64,000 nt of DNA from the NCBI GenBank assembly GCA_965113315.1, contig OZ220377.1, one strand, 5' to 3'. Below are positions 12,770-22,207 of the stretch, piece after piece. Both the position numbers and the translations under genes were made by a program. Below the pieces are notes generated by a model that was not told the DNA's origin, searched no databases, and was given only the letters and a program-made list of their open reading frames with translations. This DNA is from Podarcis vaucheri. Lineage: Eukaryota. Positions within the stretch are counted from its first letter, which is position 1. Each line of letters begins with the position of its first letter.

Positions 12770-13990
12770 AACTAATCTTTCGCGTCACAAAATTTGCCCT
12801 CCCATTGTGCCAAGCGGCGAGGGAGATGGTGACCACACGCATCAGGTGCGAAATGCGTGCAGCAAAATTATATCAGAGAACGTGAGGTAAAACGCGAGGC
12901 AAACCGCGTTTTCTGTGAACGTGTGGTAAAATGACGTGGCTGGCGAAGAAAAACGGTCCCTCGCAGGACGACTCGATAAGGAACTGGGGAGAGAAGTTAT
13001 CAATGTCAAAAAAAGAGCGCCTGCCCCCCCCCCCATTTTTAAAGCCAGAGCCGCTTCTCCTGATGCTTATGGCACAGCGAGGGGTGCTCGGTGCTAAAGC
13101 ACAGTTTGAGAGAGGCGATAACACCTCGCGCAGCCCCACAAACGGGAAGGCAAAAAAGGGGGGGAGGTGGCAGGAAAGCCCCTCAAGTATCGCGCGGGGG
13201 TTGATGGGGATTTTCCCCCTCCCCCCCCCCATTGGCGGGAACGGCCCCCTGAACTGAGAAGTGGCGCGCGCGCGCGGCGGGAGGATAGAGAGCGATGGCG
13301 GGTGGGAGAGGAGATGGCCGTTGGAACATTCGCCCGCGGTTGGCTCCGGTTGCCGCGGCGACGCGCGCCCCCTCCCTCTCCGATGACGCGCGCCGTGACG
13401 CGCGGAGCCTGGGCGGAGCCAAGGGGGAGGAGCCAAGCGCGGCGGCGGCTGGGAGGGCGCCGGGCTTCAGTGGCGGCTGCTCAGTCCTTCGTGAGGGAAA
13501 GAGCGAGAGGGAGAGGCGGAGGGGAAGGAGCGGGGAAGCAGCCCCGGCGGCAGGAGGAGGAGGAGGTGGCGGCGGCGAGGAGGAGCGGGGAGCCGCCCGG
13601 GCAGCATGGTGATGGCCGAGCCCCGGCGGCTTCCCCCTGCTGCTGCCGCGGCGCTGCTCTTGCAGCCGCCCCGCGGAGGGTCGGGCCCCGTCCGCGTCGG
13701 CTTCTACGAGATCGAGGGCACCCTGGGCAAGGGCAACTTCGCCGTGGTCAAGCTGGGCCGGCACCGCATCACGCGGAGCGAGGTGGGGAGAGGCGCCTGA
13801 GAGGAAAAGGGGAGCGCGGTCGTGGCGGGGGGGGGGTGAGAGAGAGAAGGGAGGTGGGCATAGCGAGCCCCCCACCCTCACCTTTCTCTGGCACGGTTGA
13901 GAAGGGGGAGAAGATTTTCCCCCCTGAACAACACGCGTGTTGGGTGAGGATAACGTGTGAACGCGGGCGCCCCATTCTTCTTCCAACCAA
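12770..13990 (+). promoter_or_regulatory. SIK2: SIK2 CpG-island promoter and 5'UTR
   Basis: Abrupt rise in GC and CpG around exon 1; TGACG half-CREs at 13384 and 13396, TGACGTGG at 12932-12939, GGGCGG box near 13411, Inr-like TCAGTCC at 13481-13487; no TATA box seen. Confidence 0.85.
13606..13782 (+). CDS. SIK2: Salt-inducible kinase 2, coding exon 1
   Basis: Strong Kozak AGCATGG; MVMA...[33 protein letters not shown] (Gly-rich loop); donor GAG|gtgggg, phase 0. Confidence 0.96.
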
Positions 13991-14659
13991 GGGGGCGTTT
14001 CTCTATTTTCCCCCTTGGTGGAGGTTATGTTTGAAGGGGATCGAGCTGTGTCCCGCCTTATTTTCTTCCTTCTCTCCAACCACGGGTAGAGGGGGGGGGA
14101 GCATTTCTATCAATCTCCTGCTTTCCCTCTTCCCCACCCCCTTCTCCTTGAGGTGTGCTGATGAAAGAAAGGTAAATGCTCTTTTTTCTCCCCCTTTCTT
14201 TCTGCATCCATGTGTCTTTTCTCCTTGGGAAACTATAATAATGTGGATTCCGGGAAAGGGGAAAGGATTGTGGTGGGTCCTTTTTTGGGGGTGGCCCATA
14301 ATACAAATATTAACAAGAGGAAAGAGGCAGTATTTTTCCTTCCCCCCCCCCCATTCCTTTTTCTAAAAGTACTAAAGTCTTTGGGTGGGTGGGTGCTCTG
14401 GGAGCTTCTTTTCCACTTCATGGCCTTGCCCTTTGGGGTGCCTCAAGGTTGTGTCCTGTTTCTCTGTCATCTTTAACATCTGCAAGAAACCATTGGTGGG
14501 GGAAGTCATCATGAGGTTCAGGCTAAATGTCATTCCTATGCAGATGACACACAGCCTTACCCCTCTTCTCTACCTGCAAGCCCTAGGGGGAGGCTGTCTT
14601 GGAATGGATGCAGGTGGCCTAGTTGAAGCTGAATTAGGATAAAGAGAGAGGCAGTGTGG

Positions 14660-15462
14660 GGTGGGAAATTTGCTGATCTGGATGGAGATATGCAGCCAGT
14701 TTGGGATGGGGCCGCATTCCCCCTGAAACATCAAGTATGTGGTTTAGGGGTTCTCTTGTACAGTACTTGGTACTGTCACTGGGAGCTTGGATCCTGCCAG
14801 TGACTAGGGGTGCCTTTTTACCAGCTTAGGCTGGCTTCCAGTTGCAACCATACCTGGAGAAAGCAAACCTTAACAGTTACACATGTTTTGCCTATATCCC
14901 GACTAATGCACAATTCCTAGGGCTGTGTTTAAAGACACTCAGAAACTTCGACAAGTACAGAATGCAGCTGCAAGAACGTCGGGGTGGGTGGGAGGGATGG
15001 CAGTCAAAGCATACTAGACTGATACTATACCAGTTATCTTGGGTTACTTATTTATGGGCTCTAAAGTGCTGCATTTTACATTTAAAGCCATAACCTAGTC
15101 CCAAGCCTGCTCCTATATTAGCTGCCTGGGCATTAAGGTTGCTTCCAGGCCTGTCATCAAGGTCCATCAGCTAGTGATGGGGCACTTGTAGTGGTGGCCC
15201 CATATGTCTCGAGCTTGCTTGTGAAAGAAATATGTATGTTAGCTTTTAACATACCTTTAAAACTTTTTTTGTTTCAGTCTTCATTTTTCTAAATATGTGA
15301 CGAGATTCTAAACGGCTGCTGCTTTTAGTTTTGTAATTGAATCATTTTGTATGTACAGTAGTTTAAAATTTGTTTCATACTGCATTAATTATAATTTATT
15401 AGCTGCCTTGGGAGGGCTTTACCTTAAAAGGTAGTGTATACATTTTTCAAGTAAATAATAAA
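14660..15462 (+). mobile_element. Degenerate L2 LINE (ORF2 C-terminal part and 3' end)
   Basis: Decayed match to L2 DGVALPLK..V..LGVLL...AFYQLRL...LQPYL (gatggggccgcattccccctgaaa...taccagcttaggctgg...ttgcaaccatacctgg), ending in an A-rich tail; boundaries approximate. Confidence 0.7.
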
Positions 15463-16304
15463 AAGCAAGCAGCAGGGTTCTCCCTCCTTCCCATCTCACC
15501 ACTTTAGAAAGTATTACGTTAAAATGATGCTAGAAATGTTGCGAGGGAAGGGGGCAGTTTAGTAACGAAATGAAAGCCAGCCTAATAAAAGGCAGTCTTG
15601 GGTTTCCTAAAAGGAACATTTCCTTCACTAGAGAAGGTGCATCCCCACAAGTATACTTCCCACACACCCCTTCCAAAATGTACTTCTTCCAGGTATACAC
15701 ACATGAGAAGGATGCTGGCTTCATTAATGCTGCAGGACATAGTTCTGAGAAGGTATGTGTGGTGGTGATACAAAAGGGATGTCTCCTTATAAAGCCCCCC
15801 CCCATTTAAATCAAGAGGTGTTTGCTTGTCATGGCCTGCCCCTTCAGAAAGAAGAACCACACCCTGGAAAAGAGGTTTTTGTGATAAAGCGAGATTTTCA
15901 CTAGGAGGATGATCTTCGCTTTCCTCTTACCTTGGAGAATGGACCATTATATCAAAGGAAGTGCTTGTTGGTGTGTTCTTGAAACATAGTCTCCATGGGT
16001 GGTCTTTTAGAGGAAGTTGTGGTAGGAGTGTCAACCCCCCCCCCCCAAGCTTTCTTCGGACCTTGATCATTTTGTCCAGGAAATGAGCCTGGGCAATATG
16101 GAAAGGGTGGTGGAGTCAGTTTATGTCTCATGGCACTCTGAAATATCCTCCCACAGGAGACCTGATCCTCAAAAGTAGGTGATAAAGGTTGTTCATAACA
16201 GGGTGATAAGTGGAGGGTGCTTCCTCAAAGTAAAAACTAAACAAAATGTATCCAGAGAAGAAGGCTAATAGGCGATAATGGAGCATGGCATCAAGGGTTT
16301 AGAG

Positions 16305-16551
16305 CAGGAGTCAGCAAACGTTTTCAGCAGGGGGCTGGTCCACTGTCCCTCAGACCTTGTGGGGCCGGACTATATTTTTGGGGGGAAATGAACGAATTCC
16401 TATGCCCCACAAATAACCCAGAAATGCATTTTAAATAAAAGCACACATTCTACTCATGTAAAAACACGCTGATTCCCGGACCATCCGCAGGCCGGATTTA
16501 GAAGGTGATTGGGCCAGATCCGACCCCCGGGTCTTAGTTTGCCTACCCATG
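16305..16551. mobile_element. Non-autonomous hAT element
   Basis: Termini CAGGAGTCAGCAAAC / GTTTGCCTACCCATG, GGGCC(G/A)GA subterminal motifs; left flank GTTTAGAG fits a hAT target site but the right-hand TSD is missing. Confidence 0.75.
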
Positions 16552-16564
16552 CAGCGGTTCGCAG

Positions 16565-16655
16565 CCTGTGTTGGACTACAACTCCCATCATCCCTGAGCT
16601 CTGGCCTTGCTAGCTGGGGTGATGGGAGTTGTAGTTCAACAACATCTGAGCCCCC
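16565..16655. mobile_element. Hairpin MITE fragment (ACTACAACTCCCATC family)
   Basis: Perfect 15-bp inverted repeat ACTACAACTCCCATC (16575-16589) / GATGGGAGTTGTAGT (16621-16635); decayed relatives near 9035-9144, 27281-27401, 29960-30090, 35383-35462, 57015-57110. Confidence 0.75.
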
Positions 16656-17180
16656 AAGAAAGTGTGATTAGAGAGAGAAAGAGAGATGGCAGTCTTCCTT
16701 GTTGTGCAGGGTGGGTTGGAGTATTCTGAAAATGGTTGACACGTCTAAAAGGGACTCTGTCTCAGAAGGACATGGCTGTGCTAATTTTGAGGTGGTTATT
16801 TGCAAATGGGCAGTGGCTTCAATGACTGGAGTTGGGGGAAAGGGTCTAATAAGGCCATTGGGAAGCAGGAACTGGTATTTAGGCATCACATGGTGAACAT
16901 GATTATATTTTCCCTTTATGAAATTTGGGATTGGAAGGGAGGCTGCACCCAAAGAAAAGGCAGTTTTATTATAATTGTAGGCATAAATATGGGGAGGAAG
17001 AAGAGGGGACATAGACGTTTACCTGAGAAGTGAGTTGGGGTGGGTTGTAGCAGAGAAAGGCTGTTGTAATTTAAAACAAGGGGGATTAGTATGTAGGATG
17101 TGGTATGAAAAAATGGCTTTTTAAAAAAGAAGGGAGTTCCTGAGCACAATGAGGTAACAAGGTCAGTCGTGTGCCTAGCA

Positions 17181-17406
17181 CAGTGTTTCCCAACTGGTGT
17201 TCTGCGGCACACTAGTGTGCCGTGAGACACCGGCTGGTGTGCCGTGGGAGGGAGGCGGGCGAGTCGGGCGGCGAGAGGCGGCGGCGGCGAGGATCCGCGT
17301 CGAGCCGGGGGCGGCTCCGCGGTGGTGGTGCCGAGCGGCGGGGCAGCGCGCGCAAAAGGGAGGAGCGCGAGACAGCGGAGGAGGAGGAGGAGGCCGGCAT
17401 GTCCGG

Positions 17407-17438
<32 letters not shown>

Positions 17439-17698
17439 TCCCGGCGACGGCTCCTCCTCCGCCCGCTATCGCCGCCACCACCACAACAGCCGCCGCCGCC
17501 TCAGCTGCCGCCGTCCCTCGCTCTGCTGCCTCCTCCCACCCCGGCAAGGGGAAGGGAAAAAACGTTCACTTTTGTGCGTCCCTCCCGGCGTGACGCTGCG
17601 CGCTGACGTCACGGGGCGGGGCTTTAATGGTGGTGTGCCGCGAGATTATTTTCCGGTAAACAGGTGTGCCGTTGCCCAAAAACGTTTGGGAAACACTG
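17181..17698. mobile_element. hAT (Charlie-like) non-autonomous transposon carrying captured host-gene-like cargo
   Basis: TIR CAGTGTTTCCCAA / TTGGGAAACACTG; perfect 8-bp TSD GCCTAGCA at 17173-17180 and 17699-17706; subterminal GTGTGCCG repeats at 17215, 17237, 17633, 17664. Confidence 0.93.
17399..17593 (+). pseudogene. Captured first-exon-like fragment, 64-aa ORF MSGQ(Q)9LPATAPPPPAIAATTTTAAAA... (donor possibly RANBP9)
   Basis: ATG in GCCGGCATGT context after about 150 nt of GGC/GGA-rich 5'UTR-like sequence; in-frame polyQ/polyP/polyT/polyA with mixed codons; stop TGA 17591-17593. Donor identity is recalled similarity only. Confidence 0.55.
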
Positions 17699-20600
17699 GC
17701 CTAGCAAACTGATCAGAATGATTCCCGGCACTCAGGAAGATTTCCTAGCAGGGTATCTTGTCCCTTTCTCTCAGCTGATTTTGATCTTCAGTGGTATAAC
17801 TGAACTCTGCTATTGTCCTTGTAGCCTCAACCACAGTCATTTCCTTTCCAGTAACTGGGAATGTGATGGGGAAGCGTAACTTCCTTTGTCCCTTTTTTTC
17901 ATTCCAGCAGCAAATGAGGTTAAGAAGCTAGCCCAGGCCTGGCATAATGTTGGCACCTGTCAGTTTTTCTGCAACCAGAAGAATGAATGAGAGTTTATTT
18001 TTCTACTTCTCAGAAGAACTCTCAAGGCAAAACATGCTGGGATACCTTGTCAAACTTTACTGCCTTTGCTCTTAGTCCATTTTTCATGCAGACATCCCTG
18101 GCAGCATGCCCTTGGCTCATTCCATGACTGCATCTTGGAAGTGGGGAGGTGGTACATGCTGCCCATTTAGTTGTCTCAACTCTTCGGTAGTTATACCTTG
18201 GATGAGAATGATAGCAATTCTGGACGCTGGGTTTGCTATTTATCTTTTTGGAAATCACAAAAGTCAAACCTCAGAGTGCTAAGCTCCCATCTATTTTGGA
18301 AAGATCACAAAACTTAGTTCCTTTGACCTGGAGTCAGTTCTATTTTACCTCCCAATCATATGAATCATTCTGTCTGTGTACTAAATTAAGGCCATGAGAA
18401 TCTTTTTGAATGCAAACTACACATTAAAGAAGATGCAAGTCTCAAGGGGGAAAAGCAGAGGGTACACGTAATTACAGTTTATTGGATAAATAGGTAGCTT
18501 GGTTAAGTATTAAATGAATGACTGAAGTAGTTTTTGTGGGATTTTATTAAAGTATCTAAAACATGCTAGATTTTATTTAAGCAACTGAAAAGTTTGTTCC
18601 TAATAGAGGCTAGTACCTTGGCTGGTTTTATGCATCTTTATAGCTGTTTGTGTTCCTAGCATTTTTGCTTATGTTTTCTGAAGGACCCAAACAGTTGAGA
18701 AACTACTTACATTTTTTAAGTAAAGTTGGTGGGAAGGCTAACTTAATTACAGCATTATGTTCTGTAGGTAGAAACAGATGAAAACTAGCGAGTTTTTAAT
18801 GCCTTTAATACATAATGCTTTATTCACTTAATTCATTCACTTTGGGTTGCACTTTCCATATTACATTGTAGTGACTGCTAGGTAATTTTGTACAAATTAT
18901 TCCCTGCTTGATTTTTGACCCATTTTTTTGTCTAGTGTACCAATGTAATGTTGTTAGGGGAGGTTTCAACGTTTGCTGAAAATAATGAAAAATGTTACAT
19001 TGTAAATAACTTTACTTGGAGACTGCAAGATCCATTAATAAAAACACCTCTCTGAGCACTTGCAATTTTTATGTAAATACCTGGCACTATATTTAATATC
19101 TGTCAATAATAAGATTGGATTTGGCAGTAACCTACAGGACATTGCACAGAAAGTGTCAAATACAGCAAGGATGCATGAGTAGCCAGAGATTGATGTATGA
19201 ATGGAAAGAACCAATTTTGGCTTCTGTAGTTGTAGTTGTTGGACACAACAGGGCTCAGAGCGTAAAATGTGCAAAAATAGATGTTTGTAAAGAAGCTTTC
19301 TGTTGCTAAAGGGGATCATAAATTCAAATGGCATTCCTTCATGCTGACAGCCATGCACCTTGTTCAAATTTCAAATAAGAAATTCACCTCTGTTTCTGAT
19401 GTTAAGTCAAGAGATTACAATGTTATGCCATCCTGGTGGTAGTTTTTTGAAATTATTTTCTTCAGCTTTCCTTTTTATAATTCCATACTTTAAAATTCTG
19501 CTAAAATGGAACTTGATCACCTTGTCTCATGACTTTTCTTGACAACCTGATATACACAGGGGTGTCTTATACATGGAAAAGTATGGTAAGCAACTTGAGG
19601 GATTCATGAGCTCTGCTGGTACAGCTGGATTGGTGAGAGAGGATTGTATAAAACCATGCATGGCTCCGCTTTATCTCCCCACTCCCAGTTCTGCTTTCCG
19701 CAATGCAGGAAGCCCCTTTGAGATAATGTTTCTGTTTCAAGTATTTAGTGCATACTGTATTATTATTATTATTAAGAACATAGAAATTGCCTGATAAATC
19801 AGTGTTGGTTTCATCTACCCAGTATCTTGATGGATGGTGGTCACTACTTTAATGTTTTGCAGTGGGTTGCAGTTTTTTCTTCCTATCTGTATGTTACCAT
19901 TTGCAGCTGTCACAGCATCTCTAGAAAGAGGCACATTTTGGTTATGGCACAGAGGTGTGTGGCAATTAGGGTTGCAAAGATACAGAAGCTATATGCTTTG
20001 GTTTGCCTCTACAAGTGAGAGGAACCAAAACAAGAGAAGGAAATAGATTCGGGCAAAACTCCTATGATAATCATGTTGATAAATTTCTGTGAACAAAGAT
20101 TTAGTATGCATATTCAAAAGAAGTATTAACAGTGGTGAATTGTATTTAGATTGGGTAGACTAGACTGCTATGGTTCAAGCATGTGGTACTGTGTTTCTCA
20201 TAACTGGCATAAGTTTTGCTTCCTAACTTTTGCTGCTTTATTAAGGCTGAAAAATTATTATATTCAAGGATATCTTAAAATCATTCTCAAAAGAAATCAG
20301 AAGCGGACCAAAACACTATGAACTTTTGAAATGTAGCATTAACAATCCACAACTACAGTGTTGGTGACAAAGTGTTCTGTAAAAAAAATTTGACAGTGAA
20401 GACTAGAACTACAACAGAATGTATGCAGTTTTCCCCTCCCTTCTCATGTTTCAGAATTAGAGGAAATAAGTGAAAGTTAGGGAAGTAACTTGGTTGACTT
20501 ACTGAAAACTAATTTTCTTGGAACTGTATAGCTTACAGACCTTCAAATTTATTTCATCATTGTTTGGAAAGGTTATATTACTAGCAGATATCCATAGCAT

Positions 20601-21715
20601 GGAGAGAATGAGGGAGTAGCAGCAAGATGGATTAGCACTTGTCAATCTGGAACCAAGTTTACAGGAAAATTGCAGGTATTTCCACACTTTTAAAAATGTG
20701 GTCTCTATTCTGGAGGTTCTTCCTGGAGTTTCATTGTGCTCTTGGCCACAAATAAATGCAAGGAAAAGGAAGATCTTCCTTTTTATTAAATTGAAATAAA
20801 GAACAATTGAAATACAACTCAAATGCATTTGGACAGATCAGCTATGATTGCCAAGTCACGATATGTTCTTCTTTTTCAGCAATTTTGATCCTTGCTGAGC
20901 TGCCCGACCACTTTTTAAACTGGATTTCAGTTTTGTAGTGCCTCCCCAACCCGAACTTCTCCTTTGTACTTAATCAGCTTTCTAAATTGTAGCTTAAACT
21001 TGTGGTCACCTCTTTGGGAGTTAACCTGATTTGAAGTTTCTGCCATCAGCTAGTTATTTTGTACTGTTTCAAGCTAGATGGGCTCTTGGAGAAATGTTCT
21101 GAAGACACCACATCTTCTTAGAGTTTGATTCTTAAACATTATAGAGAACATAGACATATCCTTTTGCCACTTCAGGAAATATCAGGCTGTAGCAAAAGAA
21201 ACTGTTGTGCCAAACATTTATAAATAATTAAGCTTTTTGCTCAATCAGGATTTGTTTTCCTTGTAGCCAGGAGCTGCTTCCAAAGTTACAAGAAGAAATG
21301 GTTGTGTTTGCCTTCTGAGTCCCTCCTTGGCTTGTAACCACTTTGAAGTCAATGCTGCTGCATGGTTTTATGCATGATGAAGAGGGTGATTATCGATGAA
21401 TACCCTTGACTTGCAAGACAGATGTACCTGCAATCTCAAAATCCGTTGCGGTGTCATAGCATGGCTGGGGTGGGATAAGAAGAATTCCTGCTTTCTGAAT
21501 GAGTGAGCAAAAAGAAGAGTGGTGTATGGGTGAGAGATGAGGATGCCCCCAGATTTTAGTTTAATTAAAATGTTCTTTAGTAGCACAATAGTAGCAGGAC
21601 TGGAAAAGATCTCTACTTGAGCTCCCAGAGACAGTCAGTGCCTTGCCTGACTGTTGACAATATCTGACTCCATATTGTTTTTAATAGGACTATGTAGCTT
21701 AATGTACCTTTATAC

Positions 21716-22207
21716 CAGGGGTCTGCAACCTTTAAGACAAAAAGAGCCACTTGGACCCGTTTCCGAAGAAAAAAAACTGGGAGCCGCAAAACTCGTCATT
21801 ATAAAAATAACATTTTTGTCACTTTTTAAAATTATTTCTTTGTTTGACCCCTCAGAATTACTCCTCCTCATAGAAATAAACATTCAATTAACAAGTTACC
21901 TTTTTGTGTGTGTGTGTGTTCTTCACTCCCCTTCAAAACAGTGACCAGCATACACGCCCCCTTTCAATGCAGTGACCAGCGTACATGCCCCTTACAATGT
22001 AGCGGGCGGGAAGGTGACGTCAGAACGGTGCGTGACTAATGCACCCACCGCCCCCATGCGACGTCACAGCCAGTACAGCGCCCGTCACAGTGGGAAGTGT
22101 TGGGGCGCACAATGCGCCTCCTCCCCTCGCTAGTATCCGCCCCGGAGCCGCGGCAAAGGTGTAAAAGAGCCACATGCGGCTCCGGAGCCGCGGGTTGCTG
22201 ACCCCTG
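21716..22207. mobile_element. Non-autonomous hAT element, 492 bp
   Basis: TIR CAGGGGTCTGCAACC / GGTTGCTGACCCCTG (1 mismatch); perfect 8-bp TSD CTTTATAC at 21708-21715 and 22208-22215; GAGCC(G/A)C subterminal repeats. Confidence 0.93.

Noticed and set aside
13636-13675. SIK2 insert [11 protein letters not shown] resembling a RANBP9-like [10 protein letters not shown] stretch, hinting at a link to the nearby cargo
   Set aside because: Short low-complexity similarity from memory; the cargo at 17399-17593 does not contain this sequence.
12873-14366. Long overlapping ORFs (399, 298, 187 aa) across the SIK2 promoter
   Set aside because: Stop-codon scarcity in a GC-rich CpG island; low-complexity Arg/Gly/Pro products with no domain; only the 13606 frame is kinase.
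16916-17712. Other-frame ORFs with poly-Leu, poly-Cys, poly-Ala or poly-Ser
   Set aside because: Alternative readings of the same CAG/GCC repeats in the hAT cargo, mostly without true ATG starts.
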